Below are positions 34,794 through 44,915 of a stretch of DNA of 64,000 nt, in pieces. The notes below the pieces were generated by a model. The model ran no database searches and was not told the DNA's origin. It was given only the letters and a program-made list of their open reading frames with translations. The first letter of the stretch is position 1; each line of letters begins with the position of its first letter. The position numbers were made by a program, and so were the translations under genes. Where the stretch lies: contig SVPQ01000007.1 of assembly GCA_015065845.1 (NCBI GenBank), forward strand, positions 3,805 through 67,804, given 5' to 3'. Source of the stretch: Oscillospiraceae bacterium. Lineage in GTDB: Bacteria; Bacillota; Clostridia; Oscillospirales; Acutalibacteraceae.

Positions 34794-34951
34794 AAGTACC
34801 TCCAAAAAATACACATTGTAAAACTATATAAACATACACTTTAATTTTACAATAGATAATGTGGTATTGTCAAGAAAGATTGATTATTTTGGAATAATAT
34901 TGTATAATAAAAAATTATATAACCAAAAACTGCTTTAAGGAAGTGAAAAAT

Positions 34952-36655
34952 ATGGAAGGATTTATTCTCGGTCTTACTACTGTGTCAAGATATGCACTTT
35001 TGTTAATTGCCTTTTATGTAGTTATAAGGGTAGTCCTCGCTATGTTTTTCAAAAAGGCGAGTAACCCTGTTCGAGGCAGACTTATAAACGATATAACAGG
35101 AGAGGTTATAACTTTAAGAGATAATGAAATATCAATAGGCAGAAATAAAAGTTGTGATGTTGTTTTAGGGTTTGATACTATTTCGCGTTTACACGCAGTT
35201 ATGGCGTTCAGAAATAAAGGGTTTGTGGTGTTTGACACAAACTCAAAATCCGGTGTGACTGTAAATGGTGAAAAAATAAAAAGTAAAGCAAATATTTATG
35301 ATGGTGACAGAGTTGGGTTCGGTGGTCTTGAATACACACTCTCTGTAAATAAATTCAAATATATAAAAGACAAAAGCGGAAAATTGGGCAGACCAAGTTA
35401 TTTTATAATTCTCATTCTTATTTCTGTTTTTAATCTTTTTACAATGCTTCTTACTTCGTTCCCCGAAAATAAGTTTGACTTTTTTGTGGCATCAGCATTT
35501 TTAGGGATGATAATTCTTATGTGGGGTTATTTTTTCTTTGCTTCATTCGTGATGCGTATAACAAGTTTTGAAGTTGAAAGTATTGCATTTTTATTTGCAT
35601 CAATCGGGCTTGGAATTGTTGCAAGTATTTATCCAGGGGGGGCTTTAAAACAATTTTTTGCAATTGTTATAGGTGTACTCGGTTTTTGTGCCTTGCTTTC
35701 ACTTCTGCGTTTTGTTGACACTATAAAAGTTTTTCGATATATGCTCTCTGTTGGTGCAGTAGGACTTTTAGCACTTACACTCCTGATTGCAGAACCAACA
35801 AATGGTGCTCTGAGTTGGGTGAATATCGGCGGTATCTCTTTACAACCCTCAGAACTCGTTAAAGTTGCGTTTGTTTTTGTTGGTGCAGTAACACTTGAAA
35901 AACTTCAGTCAATAAAGCAACTTACACTTTACATTGTTTTTGCCGCAATCTGTGTGTTAGAGTTGTTTTTAATGTACGATTTTGGTGCGGCACTTATATT
36001 CTTTTTTACATTTATCGTTATTGCATTTATGCGCTCAGGTGATATAAGGACAATAATGCTTATTTGTATTGCTGCTGCTTTAGGTGCAGTACTTATAATT
36101 CTTTTCAAACCTTATGTTGCGGCAAGATTTTCAGGTTATCTTCATATCTGGGAAAATATGGACACAACAGGTTACCAACAGACCAGAACTTTAATTTATT
36201 CTGCAAGTGGTGGACTTTTTGGTTTGGGACTTGGTAATGGAAAACTCCGCAATGTTTTTGCTGCGGCAGAAGATTTGGTTTTCGGTGTTGTTTGCGAAGA
36301 ATACGGAATAATTATGGGATTTTTAATTCCTGTTACATTTGCTTTGCTCGCTGTTGCAATAATCATAAATGCACAAAGGTCAAAATCGACTTTTTATGCC
36401 ATAAGCGGTGTTGCGGCAGTATCGCTGATTTTGTTTCAGACAATGCTTAACATTTTCGGTGTTACCGATTTATTACCACTTACCGGTGTTACCTTGCCAT
36501 TCGTAAGTAAAGGTGGTTCAAGTATTATCTGTTGTTTTTGTCTTCTTGCATTTATGAAATCGGTAGATACAAGAACATTCTCTAATTTTAAGCCGGACTT
36601 AGCAAGACCCGAGCCGAAGCAGAAAAGGAGGGCGAAAAATGAAGTCGACAACTAA
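34952..36655 (+). CDS. FHA-domain fused to an FtsW/RodA/SpoVE (SEDS) family protein
   Basis: The N-terminal TM segment and FHA domain (ISIGRNKSCDVVL...ISRLHA...SKSGVTVNG) are followed by about 9 TM segments of SEDS-like sequence. An alternative GTG start lies at 34943. Confidence 0.8.
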   Translation: MEGFILGLTTVSRYALLLIAFYVVIRVVLAMFFKKASNPVRGRLINDITGEVITLRDNEISIGRNKSCDVVLGFDTISRLHAVMAFRNKGFVVFDTNSKSGVTVNGEKIKSKANIYDGDRVGFGGLEYTLSVNKFKYIKDKSGKLGRPSYFIILILISVFNLFTMLLTSFPENKFDFFVASAFLGMIILMWGYFFFASFVMRITSFEVESIAFLFASIGLGIVASIYPGGALKQFFAIVIGVLGFCALLSLLRFVDTIKVFRYMLSVGAVGLLALTLLIAEPTNGALSWVNIGGISLQPSELVKVAFVFVGAVTLEKLQSIKQLTLYIVFAAICVLELFLMYDFGAALIFFFTFIVIAFMRSGDIRTIMLICIAAALGAVLIILFKPYVAARFSGYLHIWENMDTTGYQQTRTLIYSASGGLFGLGLGNGKLRNVFAAAEDLVFGVVCEEYGIIMGFLIPVTFALLAVAIIINAQRSKSTFYAISGVAAVSLILFQTMLNIFGVTDLLPLTGVTLPFVSKGGSSIICCFCLLAFMKSVDTRTFSNFKPDLARPEPKQKRRAKNEVDN

Positions 36656-38030
36656 ACGCGGTTTTATAGTGCTTTTGTTGGTGGCAGTTTTTACTGCGGG
36701 ACTTATTTACCTTGCTTTTAACTTAGGCACTAATGCAGAAAAATGGGCAACTTTAAGAGTTAATAATCATCTTGTGAATGATGATGGTAGTTTTATAGGT
36801 GCAGGTAATGTACTTGACCGTAATGGCGAAATTTTAGCCCAGACGGTTGATGGTGAAAGAGTTTACAATAATTCTGAAAGAATAAGGCGTTCTACACTTC
36901 ATATTGTTGGTGATAGTGATGGGTATATAGCGTCAGGTGTGCAGACTGCTTACAAAAGAGAACTTATAGGTTATAATCTTGTAACAGGTATTTATTCTCT
37001 CAAAAAGTATGAACGGGGTAATGATGTTACTCTTACTATTGATTCTTCAGTTTCTGCGACCGCCCTTGATGCGTTAGGTTCAAAAAAGGGGATTGTTGCG
37101 GCTTATAATTATAAAACAGGTGAAATTATCTGTTCTGTTTCAAGTCCGAATTTTGATATAAGAAACAAACCATCAACAGAAGAAATTGAAAAAAATGAAG
37201 ATGGAAAATATGAGGGGCTTTATCTTAATAGACTTCTGGATGGTCTTTATACACCAGGTTCTGTGTTTAAAATAATTACCGCTTCGTGTGCTTTAGAAAA
37301 TATTCCTGATATTGAAAGTTGGGAATATGAGTGCGAGGGTGAAATGTTTATAAATGGTGTAAGTGTAAGTTGCCCGAGAAAACACGGAAAGTTGGATATA
37401 GAAGAAGCATTCAGTCAGTCCTGTAACTGTGCATTCTCTGAACTTTCAAAAGAATTAAGTGCTACACAACTTACAAATACCGCAAATGCTTTCGGTTTTG
37501 GTAAAAATTTTGCTTTTGGCAATAGTTTTACTGAAGAAAGTATAATTAATTTAAATGATTCAAGTGCTTCAGATATTGCATGGGCATCTGTTGGTCAGTA
37601 CACTACGCTTATGAATCCTTACCACGCACTTACAATTGCAGGTGCTATTGCAAATAACGGTACTGCAAAATTACCTTTTGTTGTAAAGAATTTTGCTTCG
37701 CCCTCAGGACGAGTTGTGAAAGAGGTAACAGCAGAAGAGGTGGTTTACACAACTCCTGAAAATGCAAAAAAACTTAAAGAACTGATGCGTGGTGCAGTAA
37801 AAAACAACTATGGTGACTGGAATTTTTCAGGTGTTACAATGTGCGGTAAAACAGGTACTGCAGAAGTGTCTGATACGGAAAAACCACATTCATGGTTTTT
37901 AGGTTTTTCAGAAGATGAGAAGTGTCCTCTTGCAATAGTGGTAGTTGTCGAAAATGGTGGTTGGGGTTCAACTACTGCAATTCCTGTTGCTTCAGAGGTC
38001 ATAGAAGAAGCAAGTAAAGTAATTTCTTGA
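36639..38030 (+). CDS. Class B penicillin-binding protein (transpeptidase)
   Basis: SVFK (SxxK), SCN (SxN) and KTGT motifs. N-terminal TM anchor. AGGAGGG RBS. Overlaps the SEDS gene by 17 nt. Confidence 0.85.
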   Translation: MKSTTKRGFIVLLLVAVFTAGLIYLAFNLGTNAEKWATLRVNNHLVNDDGSFIGAGNVLDRNGEILAQTVDGERVYNNSERIRRSTLHIVGDSDGYIASGVQTAYKRELIGYNLVTGIYSLKKYERGNDVTLTIDSSVSATALDALGSKKGIVAAYNYKTGEIICSVSSPNFDIRNKPSTEEIEKNEDGKYEGLYLNRLLDGLYTPGSVFKIITASCALENIPDIESWEYECEGEMFINGVSVSCPRKHGKLDIEEAFSQSCNCAFSELSKELSATQLTNTANAFGFGKNFAFGNSFTEESIINLNDSSASDIAWASVGQYTTLMNPYHALTIAGAIANNGTAKLPFVVKNFASPSGRVVKEVTAEEVVYTTPENAKKLKELMRGAVKNNYGDWNFSGVTMCGKTGTAEVSDTEKPHSWFLGFSEDEKCPLAIVVVVENGGWGSTTAIPVASEVIEEASKVIS

Positions 38031-38083
38031 AAAGATTTAAATTGTTTATTATTTGTAAATTTATTTTTTGTTCTTTATTTTCA

Positions 38084-38112
38084 TTGACTAAAATTGTTAT
38101 TTATTGTAGAAT
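38084..38112 (+). promoter_or_regulatory. Sigma-A-type promoter (TTGACT-17-TAGAAT) followed by a 14-bp palindrome
   Basis: ttgact at 38084-38089 and tagaat at 38107-38112. gaacaagtttgttc follows directly. Confidence 0.5.
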
Positions 38113-38187
38113 ATAGAACAAGTTTGTTCAATTGTTTTCAGGTTGAGCAAAATGTATAAATTATTTAGTGTTGAAAGGCTGAATTAA

Positions 38188-38889
38188 ATGAGTTTTATAG
38201 AATTTGAGTCTGTTTATAAAACCTATAAAATGGGTGAAGTTACAATAAATGCTGCAGACGGAGTTACATTTAATATTGAACAAGGTGAGTTCTGTATTAT
38301 TTTAGGTGCTTCCGGTGCAGGTAAAACAACTATTCTTAATATTTTAGGCGGTATGGATGATTGTGATGATGGTAAAGTCCGTGTCGGCGGTGAATTGATT
38401 AATGAATATGACAATAAAAGTCTTATAGAATACAGAAGATTTGATGTTGGATTTGTGTTCCAGTTCTACAATCTTGTACCAAACCTTACCGCACTTGAAA
38501 ATGTTGAACTTGCAACACAGATAGGTGAAAAAGCTCTTAACCCTGTTAAAGTGCTTGAAAGAGTTGGTCTTGGTGAAAGACTTGATAACTTCCCTGCACA
38601 ACTTTCAGGTGGTGAGCAACAGCGTGTTTCTATTGCAAGAGCACTTGCCAAAAACCCTAAAATACTTCTTTGTGACGAACCTACTGGTGCGCTCGACTAC
38701 AATACAGGTAAACAGATATTGAAATTACTACAGGATACAAGCCGTGAGTCCGGTATGACAATTGTTGTTATTACCCATAACTCTGCACTTGCTCCTATGG
38801 CAGACAGAATTATTACAGTAAAAAGTGGACGCGTTGTAAAAAATGAAGTCAACGAAAATCCGGTTTCTGTTCAGGATATAGATTGGTAA
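38188..38889 (+). CDS. ABC transporter ATP-binding protein (MacB/LolD-like)
   Basis: Walker [10 protein letters not shown], signature [15 protein letters not shown], Walker [13 protein letters not shown]. Confidence 0.9.
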   Translation: MSFIEFESVYKTYKMGEVTINAADGVTFNIEQGEFCIILGASGAGKTTILNILGGMDDCDDGKVRVGGELINEYDNKSLIEYRRFDVGFVFQFYNLVPNLTALENVELATQIGEKALNPVKVLERVGLGERLDNFPAQLSGGEQQRVSIARALAKNPKILLCDEPTGALDYNTGKQILKLLQDTSRESGMTIVVITHNSALAPMADRIITVKSGRVVKNEVNENPVSVQDIDW

Positions 38890-38929
38890 AAGTATTTATT
38901 CAACTTGATTTAGAAAGGATTTTTGAAAG

Positions 38930-41900
38930 ATGACAAGAGCGTATGCTATTGATACGGTCCGTTCAATAAAAAAGACAATAAGCCGTTTTATTTCTATTGT
39001 GGTAATTGTTGCTTTGGGTAGCGGTCTTTTTGTTGGTCTTAATTCCGTATCTACTGATATGACTGAGTCGGCGGATGTTTATTATAAAACAAACAATCTT
39101 ATGGATTTACGATTACAGTCATTTATAGGACTTTATGAAGAAGATTTGGAAAGAGTCCGTGTAATTGATGGTGTAAAAGCTGTTCAGGGTATGAAATTTG
39201 TTGATGGATTTGTTCAGGTACCCACAACAGAGGAAAGCGAAGAATTTGAAGGTATAGTTGATATCGACGGTTCAGAGCTTACAGTTCGTGTTTTTGGTAT
39301 GGATATGAATCAGGTGTATTCATTCCATCAGAATGGCGAAGATGACGAAAATTACATAAACAGACTTCAGTTAGTTGAGGGTAAATACCCTGAAAACGCA
39401 AATGAATGTGTTGTTACCTGTAGTGCTCTTACAACTCCTGACCAGTTTAAAATTGGTAATAAAATTAAAGTTGTTGGCGACAATGAAGAAATTTCTTATT
39501 ACTTAAGAGTCAATGAATTTGAAATTGTCGGAATTGTTCTTTCGCCTTACTGGGTTTCATTTGAGCGTGGTGCTTCTACTGCCGGTAGTGGTAAGTTAGG
39601 TGACTTTGTTTATGTTTCAAATGAAGCATTCCAACCAAGAATAGATTATTACAGTGAGGCATATATAACACTTAAAGACAGCGACAATTTTGTTGCTTAC
39701 TCTGATGATTATAATGAATATGTTGAAGAAATGCAGAACACAATTCTTTTAGCGTCAGAGTCAATTGTTAAAGATAGAGCGGCATCATTGGGTACTGGTC
39801 TTCCACAGAAACTTATAAGTGCTAAAAATCAGATTGCACAAGCAGAAGCAGGTATAAATTCTCAGTTGCAGGGTGCAAGAGATGAAATTGCAAAATACAG
39901 AGAGCTTGAAAAAACAGGTGAAGAAAAACTTGCTGCAGCACAGGCGGAACTTCAGGAAAAGTACAACGCTGCACAGTCACAACTTGAGTCAGGCAGTGAT
40001 CAGTATTTAGCGGCGGTTAATGAGTATAACTCGAAAATTACTGTTGTTGCCCAGAAACGAGCAGAGCACACTGCAAAAACTAATGAATATAACTTGAATA
40101 AAGCTACAGCAGATGAAGCAAAAGAAAAACTCAATACTGCCAATAATGAACTTTTAAGTGCGAAACTTAAAATTGAAACTACTGAGGCATTAATCGGAAG
40201 TACACAGTCAACACTCGATACTATTAAAAATAATCAGAATGTTTCTCAGGAAGATCTTGACCTTGATAAAATGGCAGAACGCCTTGAGCAGACAAACCCT
40301 GAACTTGCAAAGATTTTATTCTCTGCATCTAACTTAACGGCTCAGGGTATGGCAGCTGATGTTGTCATTGAAACAGAAGCATTACTTGAGCAATATAATT
40401 CAGAACTTGTAGTAGCAGAAGAAGAGTATGCAAGAGGTAAAGCTGCATACGATGAAAAATATGCTGAGTGGTATGATGCAGACCAGCAGTTGAAAAATGC
40501 AAAAACACAACTTGATAATGCTAATGCTCAATTAGAACAAGCTGAATCACAATTGGCACAATTCAAAGATCAGATTCAATCAAGTGGTTTTGACCTTCAG
40601 TTTGGTTCATTAAAAGCGCAGACTGAATATACTAACGCACAGACACAAATTACTTACCAGACTATGCAACTTCAGAATATTCAGCAGATATTAGAAAAAG
40701 CCGAAAAAGAACTTGAAGAAGCTGAATCAGAGGCGAATGCAAAATTAGGTGTTGTAAAAACTGAGTATTCAAAAGGTATTGCATTACTTGAATCAATAAA
40801 TAATGGTGCTAGTTGGTCAGTTTATGACCGTGATGATTCACCGGGTTACACAGGTTACGGTGAAGCGTCAGAAAATATGCAAAGACTTGCGTATATTTTC
40901 CCAACATTCTTCTTTATAGTTTCAACTCTTGTTTGTCTTACAACAATGTCAAGATTGGTTGAAGAACAAAGAACTCAGCTCGGTACTATGAAAGCATTGG
41001 GTTATGAAGATAAAACTATTATGAGTAAATATCTTATTTATGCTGCATCTGCAAGTACAGTAGGTAGTGTAATTGGTATTGCTGCAGGTTTCTCAGGGCT
41101 TCCTTATGCAATCTTCACCGCGTGGGGTATTATGTATGAAATACCTGAACTTAAAATAAAACTCCTTCCGGGGTATATACTTTTAGGTCTTATAATTTCA
41201 GTAGGGCTTACAACTTTTGCGGCATACCTTTCTTGCCACAAAGAACTCAAAACACCTGCGTCAATTCTTATGCGACCAAAACCACCTAAAGATGGTAAAC
41301 GCGTTTATCTTGAAAATTTCACAGGTATCTGGTCAAGGCTTAACTTTACTTCAAAAGTTACAGTAAGAAACCTTTTCAGAAACAAAAAGCGTTTTGCAGT
41401 TACTGTCATTGGTATAGCGGGTTGTACTGCACTTATGTTAGCAGCTTTCGGTCTTCAGAATGCTATTGGTACAGTTATTACTAACCAATATGGTGACGAA
41501 GGTGTTGCACAGTACGATTTACAGGTTGTTTTAAAAGATAACAAAGAGGATTACACTCCAAACAGCGAAACTGTAAAGAGTATTACGGAACTTCAGGGTA
41601 TAGAAACTTCTATGCTCGGTTACCTTAAAGTTTGTGAAGGATATTCTGACAGAAGTGACAAAGTTATGGAAGTTGATGTTTTAGTTCCACAGTCACCTGG
41701 TATGCTCAAAGAATTTATAAATATGAAAGACGGTAACAAAGATGTTCCGTTTACAGACGAAGGCGCAGTTATAACAAGGAAGTTTGCTGATAAAACCAAG
41801 ACAAAAATTGGTGATACAATTAAACTTTCATGGACAGAAGGTTCTAAAAAAGTAGAATATCAGGTAAATGTTACCGGTATTTCTGATAACTACACATTCC

Positions 41901-42505
41901 ATTATGTATATGTTACACCTGGTACATACTACAGAATGACAAATACTGTACCTGACTATAACTACTTGTTCTGTTCAATTGCAGACGGAATGACGGTTGA
42001 ACAAAAATCTGCACTCGAGTCTCAGATTGGTGATATTAAAGGCGTTAATGGTACAGTTTATACAACTGTTGTTATTGATAATTTCAATAATATAATTGAT
42101 GTTCTTACTATAGTTACTCTCATTCTTATATTTGCGGCAATTGTACTTGCATTTGTTGTTCTTTATAACCTTAACAACATCAATATAAATGAGCGTATCA
42201 AAGAACTTGCGACTTTAAAAGTTTTAGGTTTCTATGATGATGAAGTTTCTGCTTATATTTACCGTGAAAATGTAATACTTACATTCTTCGGTATTATTAT
42301 CGGTCTTGTTGCTGGTATATTCCTTAACTTAGCGGTTGTAGGCGTAGTAGATATTGATACGGTTACATTCAGTACAGACCTGAAATGGTGGAGTTTCCTT
42401 CTGGCTGGTTTCTGTACAGTATTCTTTGCGGTAATAGTAAATGTTATGATGCATAGAAAACTCAAGAAAATCAGTATGGTTGAATCACTTAAATCAGTTG
42501 AATAA
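38930..42505 (+). CDS. FtsX/MacB-type ABC permease with two FtsX modules and an approximately 350-aa coiled-coil extracytoplasmic insert
   Basis: TM segments flank each of the two large loops. The region of about 39750-40800 is Ala/Gln/Glu/Lys-rich and heptad-like (AQAELQEKYNAAQSQLESG...). The C-terminal ERIKELATLKVLGF motif is FtsX-like. Confidence 0.8.
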   Translation: MTRAYAIDTVRSIKKTISRFISIVVIVALGSGLFVGLNSVSTDMTESADVYYKTNNLMDLRLQSFIGLYEEDLERVRVIDGVKAVQGMKFVDGFVQVPTTEESEEFEGIVDIDGSELTVRVFGMDMNQVYSFHQNGEDDENYINRLQLVEGKYPENANECVVTCSALTTPDQFKIGNKIKVVGDNEEISYYLRVNEFEIVGIVLSPYWVSFERGASTAGSGKLGDFVYVSNEAFQPRIDYYSEAYITLKDSDNFVAYSDDYNEYVEEMQNTILLASESIVKDRAASLGTGLPQKLISAKNQIAQAEAGINSQLQGARDEIAKYRELEKTGEEKLAAAQAELQEKYNAAQSQLESGSDQYLAAVNEYNSKITVVAQKRAEHTAKTNEYNLNKATADEAKEKLNTANNELLSAKLKIETTEALIGSTQSTLDTIKNNQNVSQEDLDLDKMAERLEQTNPELAKILFSASNLTAQGMAADVVIETEALLEQYNSELVVAEEEYARGKAAYDEKYAEWYDADQQLKNAKTQLDNANAQLEQAESQLAQFKDQIQSSGFDLQFGSLKAQTEYTNAQTQITYQTMQLQNIQQILEKAEKELEEAESEANAKLGVVKTEYSKGIALLESINNGASWSVYDRDDSPGYTGYGEASENMQRLAYIFPTFFFIVSTLVCLTTMSRLVEEQRTQLGTMKALGYEDKTIMSKYLIYAASASTVGSVIGIAAGFSGLPYAIFTAWGIMYEIPELKIKLLPGYILLGLIISVGLTTFAAYLSCHKELKTPASILMRPKPPKDGKRVYLENFTGIWSRLNFTSKVTVRNLFRNKKRFAVTVIGIAGCTALMLAAFGLQNAIGTVITNQYGDEGVAQYDLQVVLKDNKEDYTPNSETVKSITELQGIETSMLGYLKVCEGYSDRSDKVMEVDVLVPQSPGMLKEFINMKDGNKDVPFTDEGAVITRKFADKTKTKIGDTIKLSWTEGSKKVEYQVNVTGISDNYTFHYVYVTPGTYYRMTNTVPDYNYLFCSIADGMTVEQKSALESQIGDIKGVNGTVYTTVVIDNFNNIIDVLTIVTLILIFAAIVLAFVVLYNLNNININERIKELATLKVLGFYDDEVSAYIYRENVILTFFGIIIGLVAGIFLNLAVVGVVDIDTVTFSTDLKWWSFLLAGFCTVFFAVIVNVMMHRKLKKISMVESLKSVE

Positions 42506-42514
42506 AAAACAAAT

Positions 42515-42553
42515 GCGAAGTCATCAAAGAGTTTGTCTCTTTGATGACTTCGC
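42515..42553 (-). terminator. Terminator hairpin (T-run on the minus strand), probably for the TetR gene
   Basis: gcgaagtcatcaaagag-tttgt-ctctttgatgacttcgc. Confidence 0.6.
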
Positions 42554-42560
42554 GAAATTT

Positions 42561-42606
42561 ACCGCTGTATTTAATTCAGAAAATCAAATACAGCGGTCTT
42601 TCTTTT
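42561..42606 (+). terminator. Terminator hairpin with a T-rich tail, probably for the ABC operon
   Basis: accgctgtattt...aaatacagcggt followed by ctttctttt. Confidence 0.6.
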
Positions 42607-43234
42607 ATTCATCGGCTTTTGAGTACGAAGCAAATTTTGATTTAGCGAAAAGTGAACCGCTTATGTACATATCAGCAATAAATTCCGCCATAACATTCGG
42701 GGAAATTACCATTCCATCATCCATCCAGTCAACAACTGTGCCTGTAAGTGAGTTAAGAGCAAAATTTAAAATAAATCTTCTCGGGTCATCCTGTGCGTAT
42801 TGTTCTCTTGCAACAGGAACATTTTTTGCAAGTAACTTTTTGATTTTTGTAAGAACTTTATTATTGTTGTATTCGCGAGTTATGACAAAACGCGCAATAG
42901 CAGGGTTTTGTTTGCAGAATATGAGAATATTTTCTACATATTTTACAAATGTTTCCGGTGTTGAAACGCAATCTTCTGCTCCTTGCAAAACATCTTCAAA
43001 TAAATCATAAGCTTCATTCTGAATCTGGTCTAACATATCGAAAATATCTGTATAGTAAAAATAGAAGGTTGCACGGTTAATATCTGCAACATCTGTTAAT
43101 TCTGTAACAGTTATTTCGTTTATTGATTTTTCCTGTAAAAGAGAAAAAAGTGAATCTCTTAAAAGCTTTTTAGTTCTTTTTACTCGTCTGTCGTTAGCGT
43201 TTACTTTTGATAAACGTTCGTCAATATTTGACAT
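42605..43234 (-). CDS. TetR/AcrR-family transcriptional regulator
   Basis: The HTH reads RTKKLLRDSLFSLLQEKSINEITVTELTDVADINRATFYFYY. GGAGGGG RBS before the ATG at 43234. Confidence 0.85.
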   Translation of the reverse strand: MSNIDERLSKVNANDRRVKRTKKLLRDSLFSLLQEKSINEITVTELTDVADINRATFYFYYTDIFDMLDQIQNEAYDLFEDVLQGAEDCVSTPETFVKYVENILIFCKQNPAIARFVITREYNNNKVLTKIKKLLAKNVPVAREQYAQDDPRRFILNFALNSLTGTVVDWMDDGMVISPNVMAEFIADMYISGSLFAKSKFASYSKADE

Positions 43235-43400
43235 GATGCCCCTCCATAGATAATACATCTCACCAAAGTTTTTAATCATTTTAGCACATTTTTGTTGGAT
43301 ATTCAAGAGAAAAAGGCGAAAATGTTTGATTTCTTAAAAAATATTAAGAAGAAAAAGTAAGAAATATGAAAGCAAGGTATATATTACATTCTGCAAATAC

Positions 43401-43429
43401 TTGATTTTTAAATGTGTTGTTGGTATAAT
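43401..43429 (+). promoter_or_regulatory. Sigma-A-type promoter with an extended -10 (TTGATT-17-TGgTATAAT)
   Basis: ttgatt at 43401-43406 and tataat at 43424-43429, preceded by tgg. Confidence 0.55.
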
Positions 43430-43469
43430 ATACTCGTTATATTTTGGCATAAATGAAGGAGTTGTTTGA

Positions 43470-44903
43470 ATGAAATACGATGTAGCCGTTATCGGCGCTG
43501 GTGTTGTAGGTTCGCTTATTACAAGAGAGCTTTCTAAATACAACATTAAGGTTGCATTGTTAGAAAGAGCAAACGATTGTGCTATGGGCGCAACTAAAGC
43601 AAACAGTGCAATTGTTCACGCAGGTTTTGACGCAAAACCTGGTTCATTGAAAGCAAAACTGAATGTTCGCGGTGTTGAACTTATGAAAGTAGCATGTGAA
43701 GAACTCAATGTTCCACTTAAAAATATTGGTGCTTATGTTGTAGCTTTTTCTGAAGAAGAGATTCCGCATTTACAGGAACTTCTTGAAAGGGGTAAAGAAA
43801 ACGGCGTTCCGGGGCTCGAAATAGTTTACAGAGATGAACTTGTAAAAAGAGAACCCAATATTGGTGACTCTGCAGTTGCGGCACTTTATGCTCCAACATC
43901 TTCAATAGTATGTCCTTATGAATTAACTATTGCAGGACTTGAAAATGCTGTTACAAATGGTGCGGAATTTTTAAGAAATTGCGAAGTAAAAGCAATTGAA
44001 CAAAATAGTGACAGTTTCACACTCGAAACAACATTAGGTGAAATTGAAGCGGGTATTGTTATAAATGCGGCAGGTGTTCATTCAGGAAAAGTTGCAGAAA
44101 TGATAGGCGACACTTCAATTGAAATAAAACCAAGACGCGGTGACTATTATCTTCTTGATAAATCACAGGGTGCATTAGCTTTTAGTACAATATTCCAGTG
44201 TCCTACAAAAATGGGTAAAGGTGTTCTTGTTTCACCTACTGTTGATGGCAACTTAATTGTTGGTCCATCTGCTATTGAACACGATGATGGTGACAATGTA
44301 GAAACAACTGCGGAAGGTCTCGAATCAGTTTATAATTCTGCTATAAAGAGTATTCCCGCAGTTTCTTTAAGAAATGCAATTACTTCGTTCAGCGGTAACC
44401 GTGCACACTGTACAGCGGATGATTTTATTATTGGTTCATCAGAAAAGAATAAAAAATTCATAAATGTTGCAGGTATTGAATCACCTGGTCTTTCTTCTGC
44501 TCCTGCTATTGCAGAGATGGTTAGTGGTATTGTAACCGAACTTCTTGGTAGTGTGGAAAAGAAATCAGCGTTTAATCCAAACAGACCTGCTCCGGTTCGT
44601 TTCAGAGAAATGACATCTAATCAGAGGGCAAAACTTGTTGAAAAAAATAAGGCTTATGGTAGAATTATCTGCCGTTGTGAAACAATTACAGAAGGCGAAA
44701 TTATAGATGCAATTCACGCTCCTGCAGGTGCAAGAGATGTTGACGGTGTCAAGAGAAGAACAAGGGCTGGTATGGGCAGATGTCAAGGTGGCTTCTGCGG
44801 TAGTAAAGTTGTTGAAATTTTAGCAAGAGAATTAAATGTTCCCGTTAATACAATAACAAAATTCGGTGGAAAATCTGAAATTATGTACGATAAAACAAAG
44901 TGA
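43470..44903 (+). CDS. FAD-dependent oxidoreductase (GlpA / L-2-hydroxyglutarate-oxidase-like) with a C-terminal BFD-like [2Fe-2S] domain
   Basis: VIGAGVVGSLITREL dinucleotide fold. ICRCETITEGEI...GMGRCQGGFC is BFD-like. Confidence 0.8.
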   Translation: MKYDVAVIGAGVVGSLITRELSKYNIKVALLERANDCAMGATKANSAIVHAGFDAKPGSLKAKLNVRGVELMKVACEELNVPLKNIGAYVVAFSEEEIPHLQELLERGKENGVPGLEIVYRDELVKREPNIGDSAVAALYAPTSSIVCPYELTIAGLENAVTNGAEFLRNCEVKAIEQNSDSFTLETTLGEIEAGIVINAAGVHSGKVAEMIGDTSIEIKPRRGDYYLLDKSQGALAFSTIFQCPTKMGKGVLVSPTVDGNLIVGPSAIEHDDGDNVETTAEGLESVYNSAIKSIPAVSLRNAITSFSGNRAHCTADDFIIGSSEKNKKFINVAGIESPGLSSAPAIAEMVSGIVTELLGSVEKKSAFNPNRPAPVRFREMTSNQRAKLVEKNKAYGRIICRCETITEGEIIDAIHAPAGARDVDGVKRRTRAGMGRCQGGFCGSKVVEILARELNVPVNTITKFGGKSEIMYDKTK

Positions 44904-44915
44904 GGTGGCAGGAAG

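Noticed and set aside
42480-43010. 176-aa plus-strand ORF
   Set aside because: It is antisense to the TetR-family gene, which has a clear HTH and RBS. It also spans two terminator hairpins.
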